DNA of 62,814 nt, filler included, from Choristocarpus tenellus KU-1152 (taxonomy: Eukaryota; Protista; Phaeophyceae), in NCBI GenBank assembly GCA_964200185.2. It is 9 parts of 9 records of this genome, joined end to end, with 100 filler letters (N's around TTAATTAATTAA, not from the genome) between each part and the next. Parts side by side here need not be neighbours in the genome. Positions count along the whole stretch, not along the records: positions 20,313 to 27,292 come from CAXNAD020006929.1; positions 27,393 to 51,856 come from CAXNAD020000211.1; 7 more parts are not named here. One strand, given 5' to 3'. Below are positions 24,351-38,900 of the stretch, in pieces. The translations under genes and the position numbers were made by a program. The notes under the pieces are model-generated. The model saw only the letters and a program-made list of their open reading frames with translations. It was not told the DNA's origin and did no database searches. How positions within the stretch are numbered: position 1 is the stretch's first letter; each line of letters begins with the position of its first letter.

Positions 24351-27300
24351 GGTTTTGTCACAAGGTAGTGATTCTCCCATCGTTTTGGCAGATGTTGTCG
24401 TTGACCAGAAAAGCAATATATTCCAAAGTACAACATACTCGGACCTGTGGTCACAAAGGCAATACAAAAGCGGATATAGAAAACAAAGATTGTGTATGAC
24501 AACAGGCAGAGATGCAGAATCAACAATGCAGAGAGAGAGAGAGGCAGCAAAAGTAGATAAAAGCACGAATATGTAGATACCAAAAGACAGATGGGAGAAA
24601 GTCTGAGCATGGATACGAGTATATATATATAGACAGAGAGATGGAAACCTGTTATCAGGTATGATGCTCATAAAAGGGGTGATCTTCTGTATTTTTGTTA
24701 AGTCTTTCAAGGGAAAGAACCTTGGGCAATTATTGATTGCACCATCTATGATTGGATTTTGGTTTGGGGTCTTCATAGGAAAATGGAGGCGTTTGAAAGG
24801 AGGAGATGAGGATACTATTCTCAAGGAGGCCAGGTTCCTTCACCCTCAGGCTTTGACTATTGCTTGGTATATTAAGATATTGATTCAATCGCAACCATAA
24901 GTGAGCTTGGAGATGGCATGTGTGGAGCTCAGGTCCCAAGGTACATTTACCACAACCATGGTGGGCACACACATACCCTTCAACACTAGGCACAGGCATT
25001 TATTGAAAATGGCATCCAAAATCGACCCTCACTCTGGATTTCAACCTCTCAACATCCTATGAATCTCATTACAAGCGTCAGAAACCTCAGGAATGGATTA
25101 TGTGGAATTTAAAGCCTTTTCATTGCTGTAATTGCTTCAATAGTGTCATTGTGAAAGTTAATAGGAATGGCAAGATCGCATCTCTTACCTTGGAGGCTAT
25201 GTTTGGTCATCACAAAGGACTGGTCAATCAGAAGGGCTCTTTCATTTTCACCTGTTAAGACCCAGTCTGACAGTCCACTGTATCTACGCGCTCCAGTCGT
25301 TTTTATAATATTGTGACCTTGTTCAGTGTTAGTGTGCTACTTGAAATGGGTGTAATGATGCGATGAACAAGGAATTGCATAGATGTGTGTGATTCCAGAT
25401 CTTTGCTATGTATAATTGAGTATTTCTAAACTGATTTTTTTATAGTGGATGTGGTTAAGTGGTATATCAATAGAGGTTTAGGTTTACTCCAGCACAGCTG
25501 CTTGCACTTGTCCAAGTAAACACCAAATTAAGTTAATTGGTATTCAAATTCGTTCCCAGAACCTTTAGATCTAGTGGGATGTCGACCAATGTTAGCTGAA
25601 TTCTGTGCCATAAATGTTTTCCATGCTCAGTCAATAAAGATCCACCACACATACATACATACACACACATAGATTTGTAGATAAATATTGGTTTGTATAC
25701 TCTGATTTCTGGCATTGTTGAGTTCCTCTACAATGGAAATGTCAAATTTTCCGCTCATACCCCCCTGACCCTCTTATTTTTTTGTTTTACTCCATTGTTT
25801 GTCGGCAGGTGACCAAGTCGATGTTTGATTTGACAGATGACGCAGGGTCTGTGGTGATGCTTCGGATCCTGTTGGTGACGGTGGTTGCGAGCTATGAGAT
25901 TAATGACAGCTTGCTCAGCAATTGCCAGGCATACCATGGGGTGAGGGGTACCCATGCTGCAGTCATGTGGGCAGCATTCCTTGCCGCAGAGCGAACATGT
26001 GCCCTTGTAGGTGGGAAGGAGCCTGAAGAGTCATGAGGGAGTCACAGGCATATGTGCTGGGGCAAGTGAGCCTTGGAGATCCTCCCTGTGAGACTATTGA
26101 GAATGGTCAGTTAACTGTAAGCGGCGAAAGGATAGATGAAGTCGACAAGGGTGTGTATAGGAGGTGGTTTGTATGCTGGATGGGGGAGCTGGTGCGATTT
26201 CTTGGCTGTTGACCACTGATTTTGTTAGGGCAAAGGTTCTGGTGAGTAGGATTTGATTTCTCTGTGTTCACTTGCTTGGCATTGGGTGTTTGGCCATTTC
26301 ATACCCATATGCTTTTGGTCCTCCACTCAGTTCCATGGGGTTCGAGAGGGGAGACATTTGTAATGGAGTTGCAAGATGCATGTTGCATAAATAAAAACTC
26401 TTTGTGTTTCTGTGTAGTAGAGCTGGCTTAGGGGTATGATATCTTGTGTCCCTTTACGATGGCGTTCTGATCATAGTGCTCTGATGGTGATTTTACAAGT
26501 AAACATGGGAGGGGGGATGTGAGGACAAGATCGGCAAGGAGATGTGTCTGGAGTTCGAATTTTTTTTACCCCGAAGATCACAGTAGATGATGTAGACCGG
26601 GAAGGAAGGGGAACCGGGTCTCCTCTCAGTGAATTACCCCTCCCGATTTGACCCATTAGTGCAAATTAGGTCAGGCTTGCCAAGGAGACCTGCAAGGTGC
26701 AGCATTGGTGTGTTTAGACACAGGAAGAGATGTGAGCAAGGATTACCGTAGTCAACCATAAAATTTGAGCCAAACACACGAGGTGGTAGCATGAGCTCTG
26801 GAAGACATGGGAGGGTTACGCCTGTCTTTTTTCTTGAGTAGGTATCATCAGGATGTCACGTGTAAAGAGGGAGAGGAGTCGGGCAGACATCATAATTTGT
26901 CAAATGGCGTAACTGTGTGCAGAGGTGTTAGGGAGTGCCTTGGGGATATTGTATATCAACTGGATTTTTTCAAGGGCTCCAGAGTGTGCAGAGGTGTGTT
27001 CTAGAGCCCTCCATAATGGCCATAATTCTGGCTCACCTTGTTTGTGTCCTCTTTGGTTGTTTATTGTAATGCGTGCCAATGTAGAGGTTGTCAGAGAGCA
27101 CAAGGTTTTGCACTTGAGTGAGGGGGTTCCATGAACAAAATTGTGGCTAACAACCCTCAATCAGTGCCTCTGACGGCTTGTGGAGTACTACTGCAATTGC
27201 TGTTCCACAAATAGTTGAGCAAAGCTCCCACAGCACCACGAGGACATGGTGTTGGGTGGTCCAAGGTCCCAAGGCTGAGGTCGGATAGGTGGNNNNNNNN

Positions 27301-27512
27301 NNNNNNNNNNNNNNNNNNNNNNNNNNNNNNNNNNNNTTAATTAATTAANNNNNNNNNNNNNNNNNNNNNNNNNNNNNNNNNNNNNNNNNNNNTCTGAGGT
27401 AGAAGGTGCATACAGTATTCTCCTTCCTTATGGTGAGGCGGGAGATGATCATTAACACATAAACATTTTTAAAAGCGCTCGTAATCATTTCCATCCTATC
27501 CATGAAGCTTAT

Positions 27513-27666
27513 GATTGATTTCCCAGCTCACCACGATTAAGCAGTCGCTTCGACGAATGATTTCCCAGCTCACCACGATTAATTAGTCGCTTCAACGATT
27601 GATTTCCCAGCTCACCACGATTAATCAGTCACTCCGACGATTGATTCCCAGCTAACCCTAACCCTA
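27513..27666. repeat. 42-bp tandem repeat (~3.4 copies) ending in (TAACCC)n
   Basis: gattgatttcccagctcaccacgattaa.. starts at 27513, 27555, 27597 and 27639, followed by ctaaccctaaccctaa. Confidence 0.9.
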
Positions 27667-27708
27667 ATTACTACAAAATCGATATTATACCATATAGATT
27701 CTGTGCCG

Positions 27709-27755
27709 CTTTTTTAGGGCATACCCAGGGTTGAACAAAATCGGTTTAGGTACTG
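27709..27755 (-). mobile_element. Tc1/mariner-like terminal inverted repeat end (same family as 14003)
   Basis: The reverse complement reads TA|CAGTACCTAAACCGATTTTGTTCAACCCTGGGTATGCCCTAAAAAAG. Confidence 0.5.
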
Positions 27756-29960
27756 TACTACTATCTTGTAGGGGTACAACATTAGGTAAAGGCGGCTGTT
27801 TTTTCGTTGATTAGGGTTAGATTTGTGCAAAATAGGACAATAGTGAGGTGTACCTTATTTTGTGTAGATGAGGTATTGTGTTGAATTGAGTCCATGTGAT
27901 GTAACTATTGAGATAGTAGTACATCCAGATTATATATGGGATTATGTATGGGTATTTATTCCGCATTCAACTACTTTGATGTAACCATTGACTTAGGTAG
28001 GAAGCACAAATAATAATAAACAAGCAATGAGAAGACACCCCACAAAGGTCACTCTTCTAATTCCATCCATTCTTTTCACGTTCAGCAAAGGGGATTGTGT
28101 GAGGCTTCACACCCTTCATGTTTTTTCACTACTGATAAATAGCATTACCTCCCAAGGTAAATTGCACAAGATTGTCATACAACCGACAAGAAAAAAGAGG
28201 TCGAAAAGGGCATAATTCCTTTATCAAGGGAGACTAGGTGCGTATTCCTTCTATGAGGATCGGGCTTGTCTATTGCTGCCCCTGTGTGCTGTACGTAACA
28301 CCAAACACCGGGCGTGTCGGAAGGAAAAAGATGACAGAACTTCCTCTTCGTGCAAGGTGATCAGGTGTGTACAGCTCGAGGATCATGTAACCCGACTGCG
28401 ACATGCCATCCTCTCTGGGCCCGACTCAATGCGCAAAACATTTTCCCTCTCCTTTTGTTGGTTTCCCCTGTCCCATTTGCAACGTGCCCACCCGATGCAG
28501 ACATCACGCGATCAATGGAGAGGCTTAGCTTAGTCCAACCACCGAACGCTGCCATGCCTCCAAAGGGAACAAGAAGGTGAGTCCCCCTACCAGAAACGCG
28601 CACCCTCTGTGCAGCTCCCTTGCACACAATACCGTGCAAAGTGGTAGTGATTGAGACCCCATCACGTCATGTAGAAAGGTTTTCAGCTCTACAACCATAC
28701 CAATATCGACCACCACTGCTGTGTTACCACCTGTGTAAATATCTTTCGGAAGCTCCAGATACAATTCCGAGTCAAAATCAAAAGTAAACCCTATGCACGC
28801 CGGTTGGTCTATCGTGCCGTATAAAGCACATATCTCTCAGCACTGGAGACAATTTGTTTGGTGTACACTAACAGACTTGTGTTGGAAATCTCCACCACCC
28901 AGAAAAACTACGGAACTACAGATCATGGATTTTTCAAACACCACTGTTACTGTATCCTGCAATTTTTCGAAATTTTGTTCGTTTCGCTTGTGAACATTTT
29001 CATCTAACGTTGGTGTTACGTATATTATCATTCGTTCTGATCTTGCTCAACTAGGGCACACAATAAGTCTCATTGGGCATGCTAATATATCAGTCATTGG
29101 GAACAACAAGACATGCGGGTTGAATGGCACTGTTGCTGAGCACCTTGACTGCACAGACTCGTACACAATCAATGCAAGTGAAAGGGAACAATGTTTGATA
29201 CTATTGAAAAAACCTAGCCTATTTAATGTGGTTGAGCAGGCCATTGCGCATTCCAAAAAATGAAGACAGAGTGCAAAAGTAGAGACTAAAAAAAACACAA
29301 AAAGCATAAAAAACAACAATAACGATGTCTGTCTTAGGTGCATGCTAGTCCAGATGCAGAATTGCAGGCAATGCACCTCAGCAACAAATTGCTCATCTGT
29401 TGTTTAGTTCGCAAATTGGTGCAATGAACAAACATGACTAGGTAAAAAAAGGTGGATGTCTGTGTGGAAATGGATGAATTAAAAAAATGTAATGTATACG
29501 TGGTACATGTAGTACAAATTGAAAGCACAGATCTCGTAGGATGTAACAAAATGAGGCAAGAGGTCCAGAATATAACTGGCGACAGGCATCTGCAAACATT
29601 TGACTGTGTTCCTGATGACGCCCACTCTATAGTCCAGTGCCTTGCTCGGACCTCATCTGTCTTATGAAGCAAAAAAAGAAAGAGACTACATTATACACTC
29701 TTGAGACACATGGTATGCACCGCATGGGCAGCAGTATACCTGCAACTTGTTCTCCTCATGCATATGAGCATCAGCTAGCTAGGTGCAGTCTATGTTATGA
29801 TTGTTTGACATGCTTCATCCTCATTGCCCAGGGGGTATAACATTCACAATGAACACCACACACTGCAATGTCACAATCAAGACCATCCCAAGTCCACTCG
29901 CCCCTGGCCTCAGTAGAGCCTCTACCAAATATTGTACAGCCACCTTCGATGAGATCCCTG

Positions 29961-32900
29961 TCACCCAAAGTGAAAAGACATACCCCCTCCCCTGCCCCCT
30001 CCTCTGCTTCCGCCCCCGCCTTGCTGCATAAACATGTGGAAAAGCTGACTGGGGTCCACATGCATGCCCCTGTAGTGATCACACAGAAAAATATTCAAGA
30101 CCACAGTTTAGATCCTTCAATACTGAGACTGCAAACAAGAAAAATAATCAAAGGTTCTTCAGAATTATCATTGTACTATGTGAAGTGATACAACATCCTC
30201 TCTCCCACAAGCGTAAGGAACCCCTCAAAAGAAGTGAAGCACTGGGTGAACCATCTTGTCAAGAACATCATTACAAACAAAAATCATTGTAAGGGTCACA
30301 GATGGAAGTGGTTGCAGTCCACACAAGAATACATAGGATTGTAGCATCATGGATCGAAAGTGCTGGCACTTTGTCAGCTTGGGAAAGCCCTTTTGTACTT
30401 GATTACAATTGTCATGTGTGCAAAGCGCCGAGTACAGTGGAGCTCTGAAAGCAGAACACACAGCATACACGAGAGCAATAAATTACTAATTGATAACTAA
30501 CTCTTGATTTTCAGTTTCGACTTATGACAATCAAGAACCAGGTAATCAAATTATGGCAAGTCACAACATTGCCAGAAACATTACAAAAAACGTAACTAGC
30601 AATCATGCATAACATTCATACGCACTCTCTCCAAAAAAATCCAGAAAATATATATCCACAAGATAGCAAACCCTAGTACCGGTGAAAACATAACAAACTA
30701 CTGATGATTCAAATGCTCCAAAACACACACACACATCTGTCTGCACATAACATGGCTTTCTTACCCGTGACCATGCCCAGCGTGGGGATTGTCTAGATCC
30801 TCCAAGTCAACCCCAGAATCATATCGGCTCTTTTTTTGAGGATCTGAGAGAACCTGAGAAGGAAAAATACAATTTGAAAGGTTCACGTTAGAAATACACT
30901 TGAAGTACAAAGTACATACTATGCAGCACAAAGTACAGAGTACATGCCAGTGCAAATGGTGATAGGAAATTATAAAATATAGGACAGTCTTACCAGACAA
31001 GAGACTTCGAGACTGTCCCTTGGATCAAATAGACCAACTTGGGGGACGCTAATATTAGTAGTCTCTTGCAGTACTGTGGCCGAGCAAGATGAGATCTAGG
31101 GAGCATCAACCTTGCGCAAATAACACCCTCCCTTTCAAGTCTATCTCTAGAAATAACACAAATGACTATGATGCTGACAAATCCTAACCCTAAGTGAAAC
31201 TCCGCCAATAAGGTTTATAATCTTTCCAGAGCAATGAAAAGACAACATTTTGTTGACATACACTCCACTCCAGAAAACCTCAAGAATACCTTGTCAGCAG
31301 TATCAAAAGAGATCACCCCTGCAACCTTCACTTGAGCGCTTGAGCTATGGTATAGTATGACTAAACAAAAAAGAGTCCTATTTATCTTACAGGGTACGTA
31401 ATCCCAAATCATTAAGTTCAGCTGTTTGCCTCAAGGCATTCAACACAAAGGGCCTCGAAGATATCACATTAATAGTCCCCCGTTATGGTCATAAGTAATC
31501 TTAGTAGTACATACCAACCCTAACCCTAACCCTAAATCTTACATTGAAAAAGTAAAAAGACTTTTTGCGAAGACACGTAAGACAGGTACCAACATTTATA
31601 CATACACCCCTAACTCTAGGTACTGTAAGAAAAGGAATAGCAATAGCATCAGCCCCAACCCCTTCTTCCCATCAAATCAACAAAACACCTCTATCTTACA
31701 TTTAACGAATCTCAGATGATACAATTTCTCCCCACACTACGAATAAGTGATACTTGATCAGATACAGAGGAAGAATATACCCCCTTCCCCTCCAATATTA
31801 TACATTATTGTAGAGAATGTCACCTCATGCACTCCCCATTATTGCTGAAAATTCACTATCATAGAGATGCTCACCTCATACGCCTCCCCAATATCCCGGA
31901 ACAGCTTTCCTGCTGCCTCTTTCTCCTGCTCACTCTTGCTACTCTGTCGATCAGGGTGATACTTGAGTGCCAACTTCCGATACGCTTTCTTGATCTCACC
32001 CTCATCAGCCCCTCGCGACACACCTAGAATCTGCATGGTTAGGGTTAGAGCTAAAGAGTCAGGGTTAGGGCTAGGAATAAGTGGTGTAGACAAAGGAACA
32101 ACTAGGATGAGAACATACGGGATACTGCCGGTTAGGGTTAAGGTTAGCCAGTGCCCACCAGAAAATAAGACAACATTGATCAGTGCTGACAAAAAAAAGT
32201 CTTGAGTGGGAATCAAGACTCACAGGGGATGAGAGGGGAGTGACGTCAGACACACATCTTATTCCCCTTCAAGACTGGTCAGATAATTAAAAAAATACAA
32301 AATGCATACAAATAAATAGTGGTCTGTTCTGGTCAGTGTATGGTACGACTACACAAGAAACTGTTGGTTAGGGTTAGGACAGAAACAAATCTACACAATA
32401 GCAATGGATAAATGAGTTCGTCTTGTGTCTTTGTACCCCCATACCACCGTATCCCTCACCTCACTTCTCAATCGGTAGAAATCAGAAATTTAATGTCAGG
32501 AATACAATTATCTGAATTAGTTTGCAACGCTTAAAAAGAAATGGCATGGAAATACCACAATTCAATGTGACTGCTTATAATAAAAATACTTCAAGGGAAC
32601 ATGCCTTGATGCAGCATGCAGGAATGTCTAATAACTACTATTAATGCACTAGAATTGTGATTATAGATTTGTAATTAGTACGTACCTCAAGTAGACTATG
32701 CATTCGTCCTTTGGGAGATATCAACCTTAAGGGGTTAGAGACGCACCTACTGTAGGGCAAAAGCGCACAATGCTTGATGACTTGACTCTAACTGGCCATG
32801 CCTAATCACACCCTTCAGTGTATTCCCACCATCACATCCTCCTAAATACAGTCTCCCTCATGCCCCTCTTCCACTTGTAATGCGCTCGATCTTTTGACAC

Positions 32901-35900
32901 CTAAGCTTACTGGCCTTCACAACTCACCCATACCACCCCTACCAGTATAGTTAGTACTGTGCCCTGGCGTACATTAACAGTTGTATATTGACACTAACCC
33001 TAAGTACAATATGAGACACAACTAGCACAAGTTAACTGTACTGTACTGTGGAGAAAATGACCTCTGTAGCTGTCATGTGAATTAATGACTCTTCCCATAC
33101 ATAGTGTCATAGAAAAAAAAGGTTCCAACACTAACCCTAACCCTAGCTAAAACAATCAGTATGAAAAAAGTCTATCGCCTACAACTTACCAAGGCAACTA
33201 CCATGCAATGGGATTACCTTATAAAAGTCCTTCCTCTTGGCCTGCTTAAGTGCTGTTTGGGCCTTCTGTAGCTGCTTTCGGACCTCCCTGAGTTAGGATT
33301 AGGGATATGTGAAACACATAATCTAACAGAGGCAAGTGTATAACAGCACAACAATCATTGCAACTTCGGAGGACATTAGTTCACTCCTTCACTCTTTTTC
33401 TTTTCTCTATGCTTGTGATGATAAAAATAATAGTAATATCACATCGATCAATTGTATTGTTGCTACCAAAGCAAGAGAATAATATTTCGACCAATCCCCT
33501 TCCCCTTCCCCTTCCCAATGAACATAATTTACCAACATAATTGAGAAAAAATAAAACATTTCCCATAGTTTTGTAATCCGGCGTAGTCTATTAACAAGAC
33601 AGTTCTGTACAACTTGCCAAATGTGTTGTATCCATGTAGTCAGTCCCCTTTAGGGTAAACTAAATACACATTGCAAAAAAAGATGAAGTGCACCAAAAAA
33701 GAGGAACATACCCTTTTTGGTTCTGCACCAGGGCTTACTCAACTATTTTGATAACTTGAGTACAAGCGTCAATATGGCTATGGAAAGATGATTATACCTC
33801 ACCTCACTCTGTATTAAGAACACCTCTTGCAACGACTGCCGAACTATAACGCCCCACCCAACAGTCCAAGACATCACCTCTACGATGCAAGATTTAAAAT
33901 ATTTTATATTTCAACAAATTATTCACCAAAAACGCCACACTTCACACACTACCACTTGGTGAAACGGTCAACATCATTTTCTCTTTCTTCTCAACAAGAC
34001 TAACCATAAGGTATGTATTCTGCATAGTTTGAAGGTGTTTGTACTGAAAGAGGCATGTTCACCATGTGCGGAATAAAACAAAACAATGTTGAACAGAAAA
34101 ATGCTCTAGACTTTTGTTCACCACTTGGTAACATTTCTTTTTGTAGATTTAGAATATGACAACATCCATCTCATTTGTACAAAACCTTGAAAAGAGTAGT
34201 CACTCTCTTTTGATATACCTATACACAGTTGCTGAAAAAAAAGTTGCTCTTTCTTGGGGGGAGGGCAGGAGGAAGAATACGATAGAGAGATGGTGCGCAA
34301 GGATTAAAAAAAAAAAAACCAAGCAAAGCCTTCCACAATCTCAAATAGAACATCCACAACCCACTGTCAGAATCCCAAAGATATCAGACCACTGCCATAC
34401 CTAGTCCTCTTCCAGCCCTAACCCTGATCCAATGATCAAGTCAGTTGCAAAATCGATGTACCCCTCCACTAGAACTAGTGACAACTATGGCATACTTCAT
34501 GCAACAATGAAAAAGTGGCATCTTCCTCTAAACTCTTCCACCAAACACTGACCTACGAGCCTCCTCATCCACCATGTCGGCCAGCTTCTCATAGTCTCGA
34601 ATAGCTGCCTCCAGGTTTTCAACACCGCCTGCGAAGGCATTGAACATGCACAACATGACATTAACATCACTGTCACTACGCACCCCGGTACTTGTCACTA
34701 CTGTGAACCCTAACCCTTAGAATCCCACCTATGCATTTAATATGAAAAAAAAGATTGCAACAAAACAGAGCAGTACCACTGCAGTATCAATATTTTGCAT
34801 CCAAGCAAGGGTAAGCAACAATTTGTGACATTAACCCTAACCTCCAAATGATCAAAAAAGAGGTAGTCAGTCCAAGGACCATTAACACTGTGTATGAAAT
34901 ACCACATTTGTGTACAAAAATAAACCATGTAAAATAGTCACCTGTAATACGAAGTAACAAAAGGACGAAAAAAAGTACATCAACCATGGTACTAACAGCC
35001 TATTAAAATTATTCAAGGAAAATATTGTAAAGATTGCCAAACTCTAACGATTTTATCATCTCTATAAAAAAAAGTTCTTGTTAAAGTCTGCTCCTGAAAG
35101 ACTGATCACAGTGCTTCCTCGCTGGTTTTCCACTGTGTTTTAATTTGGGTTTTTAATTTGTGAAATAAAGGACAATGACAGCAAAAATACAAGATACAAC
35201 TATCATAAAAGAGCCAATCCCAAACACATGCGATCGCTGCATCAGTTGCTTAGAATTCACAACTTCAAACCCTAACCCTGGACAGCCCCACTAAGTAACT
35301 ACAATATACTATAGTAACTAATATTCTTGACGATCAATAACTACAAATGTAACTGCTACTTATTTCAAACCACCACATGAACAGTCCAGAACACCAAAAA
35401 ATACTGAGAGCAAACTGCTTCAGAAGCTAAGTGATACATGCACAACCCTCAACAGCAGAACGTATTACAACTACATAATCAGACACCTACCCTAACCCTA
35501 ACACCTCCGAAAACAAGCAGTCAACATCTTTCATCAGAAACATACTCTCAAACAAAAAGAACAGAGGCAATAAGGAACAATATACATCCTAGAGCCACGG
35601 TAGGATTGGTCTTCTCCCTTGTAGTGGACGCACCCATCTCAAACAAGCTTCCAGCCCTCCTTTGATAGGCCTTGGTGTACTGTGGATCATCCCGTACTGC
35701 AGAGGTTGCTGCTCTCACTGCTGCAGCATGATCCCCCATCTGTGTAATTGGCAATCATCATCATCAGCAACAACAGTCTAATGACATTCAGGGGGTTGTA
35801 ACTGTCACTGGAAGCAAAAGCTGTTTAGAGTTCAAACTGCTGCTGAAAAATATATATGCATTGGTACTGGAGTAGCACCAGAGTTTCAAACAGTCACCTT

Positions 35901-38900
35901 AAAATTCCAGGACTTGTTTTAATTTATTGACTCAATATTTTTCCAAGCACATGACTGGTCGGGTTCATGAGATCGTAAAGTACTTAGAATACACCAGCAT
36001 CAGCAAAAACCACCATCCAAAGCATAACAAAGTTTTTGAAAGGGCCTCTCTGGTAGGACATGTGTGTGGGTGTGTAAAAAAAGCACACATCAAAATGCAA
36101 ACCCCACACATAGCCCTAATCCAAACCCACGGTAGTGGTATGCCACATCATGTCATGTCTTGTCACGTCATGCTGTGTCCTGTCCTGTCATGTTGGACAT
36201 TTGAAAGCTCTGCTTCGTTTTCAAAAATGAAATCGTCCCTGTCATCACACCCCAAAGCTGCTACTAACCTTGATGCAGACACACAGCCAAATGCTTACTA
36301 ATCCTAATCCTGTGCCAATATACTAATATGATAAAATTCCAATACACTGCATTACTGAGGAATAAGGGTTAGAGTTGTAGGGTAATTGAATTGCAATAGC
36401 CCCAATGTGACACAAATACTGGATCTATTCTCTACTGGTGTCTGTATATGTTACTCATTCTACAAATTCCAAAACTAACCTTATTCTAACTCCTCAATCT
36501 TGCCATGAATGAATCGATCCCATCAATACAAGGCACTCTAAATGTTAACACTACTATTCCTATCTCATGCAACCAAAGGTGAAAGACGTTCTTACCGTAA
36601 AATCAACTCAAGTCCTAACTCAATAAAACCAACTCAAGTTCTACCCGACAACAGTGAAAAAAACAATTTCACAGTCTTCTAGATGTACTAGTGGTAAGAG
36701 TACATCCAAATTATCAATAACCAAATCAATCATTACTATGTTAATACATTGACTTTTCTCACCACTCGAAGGAGTGACAACTGTCTATCTCACAATCATA
36801 AAACCCCTCTCAACAACCCTTACAATACCATTAAGGTACAGTACAGGAGATAGAACACAATTTCTCAACATGTATCCAGCTCAGGACTAAGGTTGTACCA
36901 TGTATAGGGTTAGGGCTAGGGCTTGGTGCAAAGGTAAGTGTTTTCACCACTGAGATGGTATCTCTCATGTGATGCCAACCAAGTACTGGCAAAAAAAAGA
37001 CAGCAATTTAACTTTTCTATTACCTCAACTTCAAGCCATTTAACCTTTCTTTTACATCAACTCATACAATTTGCTACTGTTAAAAAGGTTGAGGCAATTG
37101 TTCACACCCTTTTTTTTTATCCTTACAATGTATTTTGAAAGGGATTCAAGTCAGGGTTAGGGTTAGGGTTATAAAGAGTGCTCATGCTGCCATTCATACC
37201 AAGCATTCTCAGCCACTTATCCATTAAAAATTAATTGTACTCATGAAACAGTCAAGTTTGTCACTAAAAATGAGATATATGGTTGGACAGTACATGCACA
37301 TGTGACCTATCAGGTGGCCGTCAATAGTAAAAATCCATACACAACCATTCAAGATGAAATATGACAGGCCATCCACAATAGCAGGAGTGATAGTAGTTAC
37401 TACTGTACTCTGTCAAAAATAGGGTTAGGGTTCTGTACCTTGTCCTGTGCAATCCAAGCTGAGGGGTTATTGTGGAGTAATAATACCCCTACTTTGTGGC
37501 TACATAAGGGCTTTGGTCTTATCTTGAAAAAACATTGATACCAACAACCACCCTTTTGACAGTTACAGATACAGTTAAATATATATATATATATATATTG
37601 CCTATGAAATGTCATCATTCTTTATTTGTTGGAAATAGGAAAGAGCCAATTGAAAAAAAATCATTAATCATTAATCATACATATTACAAAAGGGTGAAAA
37701 GGGTATAACATTATTATTGTTCACCACCAAAAATCCATAAAATTCACGGGGTAATATATTCACCAATAAACTTCCACATTGCTGCTTGCAATACGTACTA
37801 GAAATAACCCCAAGATGAAACTAATTTTTGAAGTATTAAAGTACCAATAAACAGCGCAGGAGAAACTCTCTACATTCACTGAGATCGACATGACCAGACA
37901 CAACAAACAGCACCTTGCTCTGAGCAGTGGCAAGATTGCAGTGCAGCTTGGAGTTGAAGGACTTGTTACTTCTGTCTGCCTTGAGTGCTTCTGTCCACGC
38001 TTCAATCGCCCCCTTCAAAAAAAAAGAAGGAAATAATTCAGGATATTGAACGGTATGTACCGTCTTTTTTATTCGAAAGGAAGTTGATTCTTGAAAAAAA
38101 AGAAAAAAAATGTAATCACATTACTACCAGTACCTACCTTGTATTTGAATCAAAACACAAAATATTAAATTATCAAATCCAAGTTCTGTTGAGCATGGTA
38201 AATAAGAATAATAAGAATAATATTAAAAGTTGAATTGATCCCTCAAGGAGATAAATGCCTCAACAGGCCTACCTACTAGTGCGCAAATACTGTAGTCAGC
38301 AGAATAACTCCCTCACCCTAGTTTCCACATGATCAACAGAGACCCATCAAAACCACACACAATGTTTGTGGTATAGGGTTGTGTAGCTCATGCATGACAC
38401 ACAAAACAGGTTGCTAACAGTTCAACATGCAAGCATCTTGAGCAATGAACACCAGAGATAAATATTGTTCTTGTAGTCATATAATCATCATAGGGATCAA
38501 ACCAAACCCAAACTCTAACCCTAACCCTAACTCAGACAACTAGTTTAAACACGATATCATAGTCTTAAGACTTTTAGAGTAAGTCAGGATTGGGATAAGA
38601 TTGGGGCTACCATTGCTACTCTATTATTATTTGTATGTATTTACAATATATTTGTCCCTACAACTGATAATGTTTCTCTGATATTCTGTATAACATACTG
38701 ATCATTACATACATTACCATTTTTATCATATATCATCAACATTTGCATTTCTTAAAAACTCACCAAGCACACCCAAAACAAAACCAACCCGAGGATAGAA
38801 AAACAGGATGATCTGATTGGACTGACATGAAAATGTAGGCTATCTGATTGGTCAATCACCCACCCGGAGGAAGCAATAATGGAAATAATATCAAGTGATA

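Noticed and set aside
24356-24900. Solo LTR inserted in the RTE element
   Set aside because: It starts with TGTCACA and has a TATA-like run, but no matching end or target duplication could be identified.
27513-27653. CRISPR-like array (also considered for 12769-12958 and 43604-44749)
   Set aside because: The units are contiguous tandem copies with no unique spacers, there are no cas genes, and the context is eukaryotic.
28330-28580. First exon of a plus-strand gene (MPPKGTR|gtgagt)
   Set aside because: The donor is good, but no compatible downstream exon was found before the DNAJC7 3' end.
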